A DNA stretch of 64,000 bases, from the NCBI GenBank assembly GCA_046964515.1, contig JBKUYM010000009.1, forward strand, positions 21,339-85,338, written 5' to 3'. The notes under the pieces were generated by a model. The model ran no database searches and was not told the DNA's origin. It saw only the letters and a list, made by a program, of their open reading frames with translations. This DNA comes from Clostridia bacterium (GTDB lineage: Bacteria; Bacillota; Clostridia; TANB77; CAG-508). Positions 53,748 to 61,520 of the stretch are shown in pieces (position 1 is the first letter of the stretch; the number at the start of each line of letters is the position of its first letter). The position numbers and the translations under genes were made by a program.

Positions 53748-54050
53748 ATGAGAGCTAAAGTTTATACATTAAAAAATGGAGAAAAAATAAAATTATATCC
53801 TATCAACGTACTAGCTAATGAATTAGGAAGAACATCACAAACTATACGAAAATGGGAAGTAGCTGGTATACTTCCTAAGCCAATTTTTAAAGATAAAAAT
53901 GGTAGAAGAATGTATAGTGAAGAACAGATTGAAACAATAGTTAGGATAGCTGAACAATGTAATGTAAGACAAGGTTACAGTGTTGCTAATACATCTTTTC
54001 CGAGAAAAGTGCATGACGCTTTAGAGGAAGTAAACAAACAATATTATTAA
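53748..54050 (+). CDS. MerR-family helix-turn-helix protein
   Basis: VLANELGRTSQTIRKWEVAGILPKP..DKNGRRMYSEEQIE is a MerR-type HTH plus wing. Confidence 0.7.
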   Translation: MRAKVYTLKNGEKIKLYPINVLANELGRTSQTIRKWEVAGILPKPIFKDKNGRRMYSEEQIETIVRIAEQCNVRQGYSVANTSFPRKVHDALEEVNKQYY

Positions 54051-54063
54051 GAGGTGTTATTAA

Positions 54064-54219
54064 ATGTTATTTAAAGCAATACTTTGTGGTATCTCTATAT
54101 ATGTTATTATTAGTGAAGATAGAAAGGATGAAATGCATTATAAAGTGTGCATGGGAATTGTATATGTAATGTTATTTTACTATATGTTTTTAGAACCTAT
54201 GTATGGATTACCATTTTAG
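54064..54219 (+). CDS. small membrane protein (51 aa)
   Basis: SD GAGGTG then ATG 54064. Two hydrophobic segments. Below the ORF-track cutoff. Confidence 0.4.
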   Translation: MLFKAILCGISIYVIISEDRKDEMHYKVCMGIVYVMLFYYMFLEPMYGLPF

Positions 54220-54231
54220 GAGGTGTAACAA

Positions 54232-54438
54232 ATGGCAAACTTAGATAAAGACACACAAATAGAATATGTGTGTTATGAATTAGTTGGTAGAAAAGGTGTA
54301 TCCTATGTTCGTAATGTGGCGAATGTAATGTATGACGGAAGTCATGGTGTGTGTATATTACAAGATGCTAAGGAACAACCTGTGGTAATTATTCCGTTGT
54401 TAAAACTTTTGGAATTACGTATACAATATAAAGATTAG
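54232..54438 (+). CDS. hypothetical protein
   Basis: 68-aa ORF with SD AGGAGGTG. Confidence 0.6.
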   Translation: MANLDKDTQIEYVCYELVGRKGVSYVRNVANVMYDGSHGVCILQDAKEQPVVIIPLLKLLELRIQYKD

Positions 54439-54449
54439 GGGTGAATAAT

Positions 54450-54734
54450 ATGGCATTAAAAAAGAAAGCCAAAAAAGAGGAAGTAACAGAAGCTACTAAT
54501 GCAAGTATAGAAAAGGAAGTAGTTAAATCAGAAGTGTTAGAAAGGGCATTATATTATGTGACATTAAAATATTGTTTAGATACCACATACCTTTTAACTG
54601 GTTTCACTATGAAAGCTAAAGGTATAACAATAGTGGTAAGTAACCATGATGTAGATTGCGCCTTCACTATTACAGGTGTTGATATTGTAGAAGCACTTAT
54701 TAGTGGAGATGTAGATGTAAAAGATTTAGTATAA
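54450..54734 (+). CDS. hypothetical protein
   Basis: ATG 54450 follows SD AGGGGTG (track start is 54441). Confidence 0.6.
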   Translation: MALKKKAKKEEVTEATNASIEKEVVKSEVLERALYYVTLKYCLDTTYLLTGFTMKAKGITIVVSNHDVDCAFTITGVDIVEALISGDVDVKDLV

Positions 54735-54781
54735 TAAAGGTACGTCACAGCGTAACAGTTGTGGCGTATTTAATATAAGAG

Positions 54782-55084
54782 GTGATTACATTGGCAAAGA
54801 AAATGATGAAAAAGAAAAGTAAGGAAGCATACGAAAATACAACTGTAACAAAGAACAAGGAAACATTAAAAGAAGGAAATCCTGTAACTAAATTTATACC
54901 TAACGTAGTTGGATTAAGTGTAGGTGTTACATTAAATTTAGGCGATTTTCAATCCTTACGTGTTGACTGCTGGATTTCTCAAGAAGTGCATGAGGGTGAA
55001 GATAGACAGGTAATAGTGAATGACTTGACAAAAGAGTTACAGGACAATATAAATTATGTATGTGATAAATTCACAGAAGAATAA
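54782..55084 (+). CDS. hypothetical protein
   Basis: 100-aa ORF with SD AAGAGGTG overlapping the GTG. True start may be TTG 54791 or ATG 54803. Confidence 0.55.
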   Translation: MITLAKKMMKKKSKEAYENTTVTKNKETLKEGNPVTKFIPNVVGLSVGVTLNLGDFQSLRVDCWISQEVHEGEDRQVIVNDLTKELQDNINYVCDKFTEE

Positions 55085-55107
55085 AATTGAGAGGTAGTGA
55101 ACATACA

Positions 55108-55635
55108 ATGAACAATATTACATTAGGAATGAAACGTGACACATCAGACATAAAAGATTTATTTAGAGAGCGTAGGAATCAAGCACAAACAAGTGCTAAA
55201 AAGGTTTTAGTAAAGAAGAAACAAGTACAAAAACAACCACAAAGAGCATATATGGTAAAAGACGTAGAAAACTATTCAAGTGCAGATATTCTTTGGTATT
55301 ATAGAGATAAGTTAACAGCAAAAGGAATAAAGTTTTACTCAAGCAAAAAATTGGATGTACGTTATATGCGTAATATAAAAATTGCACAACAGACAATGGA
55401 TAACGAGTTTATCTTAAAGATGTACGATTTTTTAATAGATAGTGGTCAAAAATATTTAGATATGCGTAAAACAAATCCCGATATAATTATTTCGGGGTGG
55501 GCAAATAGAATAATAGCTGACACACAAGATTGGATAGACGGAACGTATAATGAAACGCCTAAAAATAGTAAGTTTAAAAACAGGGAATATGAGAAAGTTG
55601 CAGATGAACAAAGTAGTATAGGAGAGTGGGAATAA
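55108..55635 (+). CDS. hypothetical protein (replication-module)
   Basis: ATG 55108 follows SD GAGAGG (track start is 55087). Directly upstream of, and overlapping, the loader gene. Confidence 0.55.
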   Translation: MNNITLGMKRDTSDIKDLFRERRNQAQTSAKKVLVKKKQVQKQPQRAYMVKDVENYSSADILWYYRDKLTAKGIKFYSSKKLDVRYMRNIKIAQQTMDNEFILKMYDFLIDSGQKYLDMRKTNPDIIISGWANRIIADTQDWIDGTYNETPKNSKFKNREYEKVADEQSSIGEWE

Positions 55636-56228
55636 TGCGTCCAATAAGAACAACTTTAAGTAATAAAAACTTGATAAACATGGGAGTGCCAAAAGCACTC
55701 CTAGATTTATCTTTAGAGGATTTAGATTTAAGTGAAAAAATCCTAGATTATGTGCAAGGGTATATTGATAATATTGATAACAGCTTTAAATATAACAAAG
55801 GGTTATTTTTGTATGGAAGTAATGGTACAGGAAAAACATCTATTGCATCAATAATAATAAAGGAAGCATATAAACACCGTTATACAGCAAAACGTATGAC
55901 ATGGGTAGATTACATGACACTTTATACAAGAGCATGGGGATGCAACAACTTTGAATTAAAAATGCACACAGAAGATGTAATAAAGGACATTAAAGATAGA
56001 GAATTTTTAGTTTTAGAAGAAATAGGTAAAGAACAAGATAATAAGTTAGCCATGACATTATTGGAAGACCTGTTACGTCATAGAGAAGACAAGGGATTTC
56101 CTACTATTATATGCACCAATTTAGCACCTAAGAGTGTAGTTGAAAGATATGGAGCGAGTATAGAGTCTTTAATAAAGGGTAATATGACACCTATAAAATT
56201 AGTAGGTAAAGATAATAGAAAGGAGTAA
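55635..56228 (+). CDS. DnaC/IstB-like AAA+ helicase loader
   Basis: Walker A GSNGTGKTS and Walker B LVLEEIGKE. TAATG overlap with the upstream gene. Confidence 0.75.
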   Translation: MRPIRTTLSNKNLINMGVPKALLDLSLEDLDLSEKILDYVQGYIDNIDNSFKYNKGLFLYGSNGTGKTSIASIIIKEAYKHRYTAKRMTWVDYMTLYTRAWGCNNFELKMHTEDVIKDIKDREFLVLEEIGKEQDNKLAMTLLEDLLRHREDKGFPTIICTNLAPKSVVERYGASIESLIKGNMTPIKLVGKDNRKE

Positions 56229-56233
56229 TTGAA

Positions 56234-56656
56234 ATGTTACATGGAAATATAAGTAACCAAACAGCACCAATGCTATATGTGGATTTAGATGAATTAGTTA
56301 CATTACAGGAAGTTCCCCCACACTCTTTGTGGGGAAGAATACTTCCCTTTAGAAAAAAGGAATATAGATATGACCCAGCTAAACTAGCTTTTATATTAAA
56401 GGTTGTACACAGAACTGATATGAATGTGGTATTTGTAAGTAAAGATAAACATTTTGCTAATTATATGATGAATAGACAAAACTTTTTTAAAGTATTTGGT
56501 AGTATTAGATTGAGTGTGAGGGTAACATATATGACACCCGAAATTTTGGAATTAGTGTTAAGTACAAGATGTGGTTATTTTGTTTCGGATAGTTATGGTC
56601 TAATTGACACACCTTATATTTATTCGTATGATGAAATTAGAAAACTTATTTTTTAA
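56234..56656 (+). CDS. hypothetical protein
   Basis: 140-aa ORF with SD AAGGAG. Confidence 0.6.
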   Translation: MLHGNISNQTAPMLYVDLDELVTLQEVPPHSLWGRILPFRKKEYRYDPAKLAFILKVVHRTDMNVVFVSKDKHFANYMMNRQNFFKVFGSIRLSVRVTYMTPEILELVLSTRCGYFVSDSYGLIDTPYIYSYDEIRKLIF

Positions 56657-56676
56657 ATTAGATTGAGGTGAGAAAC

Positions 56677-57954
56677 ATGAGTGTAGAAATTGGGTTAATT
56701 TCAAAATTACTTGAAACAAAGGACTATGACATTTTAAAAGACAAGCAAATAACAGCAAAATACTTTGAAAAGGAATATCAACCCTGTATTCGATTTATAG
56801 ATGATTTTTACATGAAAAATGGAACAGTACCTACAATACGTATATTTGAGAAAAAATTCCCGGATATAGAATTAGAAACGTACGAAGATAGTGTGGGTAC
56901 AGAAGAACCTCTAGCATATTGGTGTGATGAAATACGTGACAAGAAAACACATAACACTATAGTAGGTTATATGAATGAAGTAGCTGATATGTTAGATAGT
57001 GGTCAAGTAAGTGATGCAGTAAAAAGTATTCGTAAATTGGTAAACAAAGTAGAGTTAGATTTAACAGAAACAACAGCAGTAGATACAACAAAGGATATGG
57101 ATGACAGAAAGAAACGTTATGAAGAACGTAAACGTAATAAAGGTATATTAGGAATTGAAACAGGTATTAAGTTACTAGACTATATGCTTAAAGGGTTACA
57201 ACCTAAACAACTTATTACACTCATGGGGAAGACTGGGACAGGAAAATCATGGCTTTTTATACTATTTGCATGTTACATGTGGTTACAGGGTTATCGTGTA
57301 ATGTTCTTTACAACAGAAATGAGTGAGGAACAAATAGAAGACAGACTAGAAGCTATGGCTATGGGTATGTTATATTCAGAGTTCAATTATAGCGATTTTA
57401 AGAGTGGTAAATTAACACCCGACCAAGAAAAGATTTATTATGAATTTTTGGAAACAAAGAAAGGTTTAGAAACATTCATAATAGATACAGCGACAACTGT
57501 TTCATCTATTAGAGCAAAAGTAGAATTACAGGAAGCTGACATAGTATTTGTAGACTCTGCATATTTAATGGAAGATGAAGAAGGCGCAGAAGCAGACCAC
57601 ATGCGTGTAACACACATATTTAGGGGATTAAAGAAGTTAGCTAAGAGTTTGGAAATTCCTATTTGTGCAAATACACAACAAGATTTAAAGAGCAAAGGTG
57701 GACTTGAAAGTGTAAACTTTGCAAAAGCCATTACACATGAATCGGATGTTGTCATGCGATTAGAGCGTACTGAAGAAATGATTGAGGATAAAGAAGCTAA
57801 AATCGTTTTAGAAAAACAAAGAGAAGGTGTATTGGGAAGTGTAATGTTAAATTGGAACTTTGACACAATGAATTTTGGAGGTATATATGTGTCACAAGGT
57901 GAAAAAGATTACACAGAAAAAGAATTTGAAAGTGGAGTTCTAGGTATAGATTAA
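56677..57954 (+). CDS. DnaB-like replicative helicase
   Basis: N-terminal DnaB-like domain. RecA-type core with Walker A GKTGTGKSW and Walker B IVFVDSAYLM. Confidence 0.8.
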   Translation: MSVEIGLISKLLETKDYDILKDKQITAKYFEKEYQPCIRFIDDFYMKNGTVPTIRIFEKKFPDIELETYEDSVGTEEPLAYWCDEIRDKKTHNTIVGYMNEVADMLDSGQVSDAVKSIRKLVNKVELDLTETTAVDTTKDMDDRKKRYEERKRNKGILGIETGIKLLDYMLKGLQPKQLITLMGKTGTGKSWLFILFACYMWLQGYRVMFFTTEMSEEQIEDRLEAMAMGMLYSEFNYSDFKSGKLTPDQEKIYYEFLETKKGLETFIIDTATTVSSIRAKVELQEADIVFVDSAYLMEDEEGAEADHMRVTHIFRGLKKLAKSLEIPICANTQQDLKSKGGLESVNFAKAITHESDVVMRLERTEEMIEDKEAKIVLEKQREGVLGSVMLNWNFDTMNFGGIYVSQGEKDYTEKEFESGVLGID

Positions 57955-57970
57955 GAAGGAGGATATTAAG

Positions 57971-58261
57971 ATGTTTCAGTATTTTTTATTAAAATCAAAA
58001 GTGGTATTGTTCAATATATTAAGTATAGCCTTTGCTGTTGTTACGTGGATAGATGTGTATTGTATCTTAACACGTAACCCCGTCTTCGGGATTTATAGAG
58101 AAAGTTTTGGTTATGCAATAGCAGATTTTATAACATGTTTAGTTTTATCTTATTTAAGAGATAGTGCTGGTTGTGAATTATATGATGTAATGGAAAATGC
58201 AGAATATTACGCTTCATTACCATTAGAAGAAGACGAAAGGGGAAATAAAGATGAAAACTAA
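57971..58261 (+). CDS. small membrane protein
   Basis: 96 aa with two or three hydrophobic helices. SD AAGGAGGA. Confidence 0.6.
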   Translation: MFQYFLLKSKVVLFNILSIAFAVVTWIDVYCILTRNPVFGIYRESFGYAIADFITCLVLSYLRDSAGCELYDVMENAEYYASLPLEEDERGNKDEN

Positions 58262-58595
58262 AATAACTTTAAGAGATTTTGTGGAGAATTGTGTAGCACC
58301 CAATTCTATATGTAGATTGTGGATTCCATATAGAGGGGAAGCTCGAAGTATAAGTCACGCTTTAGCTAAAGGGGAATTAGAAAGAGAAACTTTTATGAAT
58401 TGGGAGTTGTTACAAGGTAAAGTTCCTCAAAGTAAGTATTTGGATTGTACTTTCCAATATGTATCTGATATTTATTGCGAAACATGTAGGGAAGCTATAA
58501 ATATATGTATATATGATGATAAAATAAAACCCGAATTATATAAACGTGATACACCTAAAACTAATTGTATAGGAGGTACAACATGTATAGAGTAG
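58251..58595 (+). CDS. hypothetical protein
   Basis: 114-aa ORF overlapping the end of the upstream gene. Confidence 0.55.
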   Translation: MKTKITLRDFVENCVAPNSICRLWIPYRGEARSISHALAKGELERETFMNWELLQGKVPQSKYLDCTFQYVSDIYCETCREAINICIYDDKIKPELYKRDTPKTNCIGGTTCIE

Positions 58596-58744
58596 ATTTT
58601 CAAATTGAAGTAGATGGAAGTGTTTGTATTTATGTACAAGATGTAAGATTTCATTTTATGGGAGATACTCCACAACAAGCACAAGAAATGGCAACGAACT
58701 TTGTATTAAAGATGTTACAAGATGCTGGTAGAATAGGATGTTAA
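58583..58744 (+). CDS. hypothetical small protein (53 aa)
   Basis: SD AGGAGG then ATG 58583. Fills the gap before the primase gene and overlaps its ATG. Below the ORF-track cutoff. Confidence 0.45.
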   Translation: MYRVDFQIEVDGSVCIYVQDVRFHFMGDTPQQAQEMATNFVLKMLQDAGRIGC

Positions 58745-59727
58745 GCAGAGAACAAATATGTGACCTGTTATGGGAACTAGGTGCAAGTGAAGTGATAGAC
58801 CACAGTAGTAATAAGTGGATACGCTTCACTTGTACTGTTCATAAGGAAGAACACCCAAGTGCTGGTGTAAATGTAGAGCATAACATATTTAATTGCTTCT
58901 CATGCCATGCAAGTGGTACATTAGATTGGTTATGCTACTTATCAGATAAAGATAGGTTTAAAAGCGTAATGCACGCCCGAAAATGGTTAGAAAAAAGATA
59001 CCATATTAAGTTTAATGAAGTGGACGAAGACACAATACACCAAACACTTTTAACTTATGACGAATTACAGGAGAAAAAGCGTAACGTAACAGAAAAGGAA
59101 ACACACAAAGTATTGCCAATAAAAACATTAGCACCTTATAGAAGTGGTAAAGAAACATACAAGTATTTCTTTAAGCGTGGTTTTACTAAACAAATCATGA
59201 TAGATTTTAAAATTGGGCGTGACGTTACAAATAAGACTGTTACAATTCCCGTTTTTTATGAAGACGGAAAGTTAGCTGGTATTGTTGGACGTTACATCAG
59301 TAAAAATCGAAGAAAAAATGAGCGTTACAGGGTATATGAATTTGAAAAAAGTCATGTAACGTTCCCACAAAATAAATTGGAAGTAATAGATGACACAATA
59401 ATTTTAGTAGAAGGTATATTAGATGCGTTATGGTTACATCAGTTAGGATTTCCTAATGCACAAGCAATTTTAGGGAATAAATTAAGTCCTACACAAGCTA
59501 AGTACTTAAAGTCTAAGGCATCAAAGTTTATACGTATGTTTGATAATGATGTAGGAGGTGCAAGTGCTAAAAAAGCGTATGACAAGTATATGGCAGATGT
59601 AACAACATATGACGTGATTTATCCCGAAGGGTGTAAAGACCCACAAGAATGTAATAAGGAACAAATTGAAACAATGTTACAAGGTGCAACATCTAAGTTA
59701 AAAATAAGGTTCAAAATGAGGAAATAA
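58738..59727 (+). CDS. DNA primase (zinc finger + TOPRIM)
   Basis: CTVHKEEHPS..CFSCHASG zinc-binding motif. TOPRIM LVEGILD and FDNDVGG. Confidence 0.8.
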   Translation: MLSREQICDLLWELGASEVIDHSSNKWIRFTCTVHKEEHPSAGVNVEHNIFNCFSCHASGTLDWLCYLSDKDRFKSVMHARKWLEKRYHIKFNEVDEDTIHQTLLTYDELQEKKRNVTEKETHKVLPIKTLAPYRSGKETYKYFFKRGFTKQIMIDFKIGRDVTNKTVTIPVFYEDGKLAGIVGRYISKNRRKNERYRVYEFEKSHVTFPQNKLEVIDDTIILVEGILDALWLHQLGFPNAQAILGNKLSPTQAKYLKSKASKFIRMFDNDVGGASAKKAYDKYMADVTTYDVIYPEGCKDPQECNKEQIETMLQGATSKLKIRFKMRK

Positions 59728-59741
59728 ATCTGTACACTCGT

Positions 59742-59770
59742 TTGACACGTGTGTTGGACGAGTGTATAAT
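59742..59770 (+). promoter_or_regulatory. sigma-A-type promoter embedded in an inverted repeat
   Basis: TTGACA 59742-59747, 17-nt spacer, TATAAT 59765-59770. A 9-bp perfect inverted repeat, TACACTCGT 59733-59741 / ACGAGTGTA 59758-59766, brackets it. Confidence 0.65.
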
Positions 59771-59826
59771 TTAAGTACATTAAGAAAATGTGAAATTAGT
59801 AGATTACTGAAAGAGAGGTAAAGTTT

Positions 59827-60609
59827 ATGAGTTTATTTAAAAGAGGATTTGACGCAGTCAAAGAAGAAGAAAAAAGACGTGAGGAATACCAAAAAAATAA
59901 AGCTGGTATATACAGATTATATGTTAAAGAAGGAGATGCCCCTATAGTGTTCTTAACAGAAGAACCTGTTAACTTCTATGAACATAATGTAAAAAACACA
60001 CGTAATGGTAAAACATATTTTGATAGTGTAATGTGTACAGGAGATAAATGTCCTTTATGTGACACAGGTGACAGACCTAGTTTTAAAAGTGCTTGGTTAG
60101 TTTTAGATTTAAGACCTTACGAGTATGAAGACAATGGTAAAAAGAAAACAATAGAACGCCAATTAAAATTGTATGTAGTAGGTACTAAAACTGCTGGTAT
60201 AATACAAAGAAAATCTCAACGTTATGGTCTTGCAGGTATAAAATATTACTTAGAACGTATTGGTAAAGATACTAATACAACTTACAATTTAGAAAAAGAC
60301 GGAAGATATAAAATATCAGAAGAAGAAATAGAGGAATTATTACCTAAAGAATATAAAGAAATGTATGACGGAAGTGAAGATAGTTTAATGGATATTATCG
60401 AAGCCGAAATATCTAAAACAGCTTCTAAAGGTAAAGATTTTACACATGACACAGATGACGAGGTCGAAGATGATGATGACGCAATACTTGGTGTAGATGA
60501 TGATGACGCAATACTTGGTGTAGATGATGAAGACGAAACGCCTAAACATAAAAAGGCAAAATCCGTCTTTAAAAATAAAAAAAGTAACAAATTTAAATTG
60601 AAAAAATAG
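59827..60609 (+). CDS. single-stranded DNA-binding protein candidate (gp32-like)
   Basis: Cys cluster CTGDKCPLCD. Acidic tail containing a duplicated DDDDAILGV. Lies between primase and HU in the replication module. Confidence 0.5.
   Translation: MSLFKRGFDAVKEEEKRREEYQKNKAGIYRLYVKEGDAPIVFLTEEPVNFYEHNVKNTRNGKTYFDSVMCTGDKCPLCDTGDRPSFKSAWLVLDLRPYEYEDNGKKKTIERQLKLYVVGTKTAGIIQRKSQRYGLAGIKYYLERIGKDTNTTYNLEKDGRYKISEEEIEELLPKEYKEMYDGSEDSLMDIIEAEISKTASKGKDFTHDTDDEVEDDDDAILGVDDDDAILGVDDEDETPKHKKAKSVFKNKKSNKFKLKK
60469..60522 (+). repeat. perfect 27-bp tandem duplication inside the SSB-like gene
   Basis: GATGATGATGACGCAATACTTGGTGTA at 60469-60495 and again at 60496-60522. Confidence 0.95.
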
Positions 60610-60622
60610 GAGGGAAAGTAAA

Positions 60623-60928
60623 ATGTCTGTAACAAAATTATCAATGAAGGAAGTTATAAATAACTTTGAAGAAGAAACAGGTATGAAACAAAAAGAAATT
60701 AAAGAAGCTATAAAAGTGGTAGCAGATTTAGTATTAACTACAGTAGGTGCTATGAAAGATAATGAAGCATTTACTATACCACAATTAGGTACTTTCAAAG
60801 TATACGAAAGAAAAGCTAAAACTTGTAAAAATCCTAAAACTGGAGAAAAAATAGAAGTACCAGCTAAATTGGCAGTTTCATTCAAACCAGCTAAAGCATT
60901 AAAAGATGTTTTAGAAGGCGAAGAATAA
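60623..60928 (+). CDS. HU/IHF-family DNA-binding protein
   Basis: GTFKVYERKAKTCKNPKTGEKIEVPAKLAVSFKPAKALKD is the HU beta-arm signature. Confidence 0.85.
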   Translation: MSVTKLSMKEVINNFEEETGMKQKEIKEAIKVVADLVLTTVGAMKDNEAFTIPQLGTFKVYERKAKTCKNPKTGEKIEVPAKLAVSFKPAKALKDVLEGEE

Positions 60929-60949
60929 TAGGGTATGAAACTATAACTG

Positions 60950-60979
60950 TGGACTATATAACTTTAACTATGGTATAAT
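60950..60979 (+). promoter_or_regulatory. promoter with extended -10
   Basis: TGGACT 60950-60955, 18-nt spacer containing TG, then TATAAT 60974-60979 (TGgTATAAT). Confidence 0.5.
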
Positions 60980-61008
60980 GAGGTATATTTATAAAAGGAG
61001 GTAGTTAT

Positions 61009-61395
61009 ATGAGAAAATTAAGTACTATTCAAAAAAGAGAAAAATTAAATGATGTATATGCGGCAGATGAAATAGGTGCAGGAGAGGCAAATCATAGATA
61101 TATAATTTGCAAAGAAGGTGAAACTTGTTGGTGTGATGGAAGTAATTTTATAGGTGTTGTAGCTGAGATACTTTTACAACATGGAGTAAGAAAAGATAAG
61201 AACTCACAACATGGAGTAATAGATAGTGATTTATTAGAAATAGTAAGAGATAGAATGAAAGCTTTTCAAGCTGGACAATTTGCCAGTGAATATAATGAAA
61301 AAGCATTAGAACATATAGAATTAGCTTTAATGTATCTTAATCGTAGAGTTGAAGATAGAATAGAAAGAAATGTTTTAGGAAAAAACGAGAAATAA
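61009..61395 (+). CDS. hypothetical protein
   Basis: 128-aa ORF with SD AAGGAGG. Conserved-looking GAGEANHRY..LLQHG..FQAGQF pattern; no family assigned. Confidence 0.65.
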   Translation: MRKLSTIQKREKLNDVYAADEIGAGEANHRYIICKEGETCWCDGSNFIGVVAEILLQHGVRKDKNSQHGVIDSDLLEIVRDRMKAFQAGQFASEYNEKALEHIELALMYLNRRVEDRIERNVLGKNEK

Positions 61396-61475
61396 ACCAA
61401 TATGAATATACTAAATTTACCGGAATTTGAAGTTATATACCCGAATAATATAAATAGATGTAATCACTCACAAAG

Positions 61476-61503
61476 AAGGAACTCAATTAAGAGTTCCTTT
61501 TTA
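61476..61503 (+). terminator. intrinsic terminator
   Basis: AAGGAACTC-aattaa-GAGTTCCTT followed by TTT. Confidence 0.75.
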
Positions 61504-61520
61504 AGTAAGGAGGAATTAAG

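Noticed and set aside
60282-60885. Two overlapping minus-strand ORFs (120 and 166 aa)
   Set aside because: They are antisense to the SSB-like and HU genes, which have clear motifs and SD sites. Their composition is low-complexity or hydrophobic with no SD.
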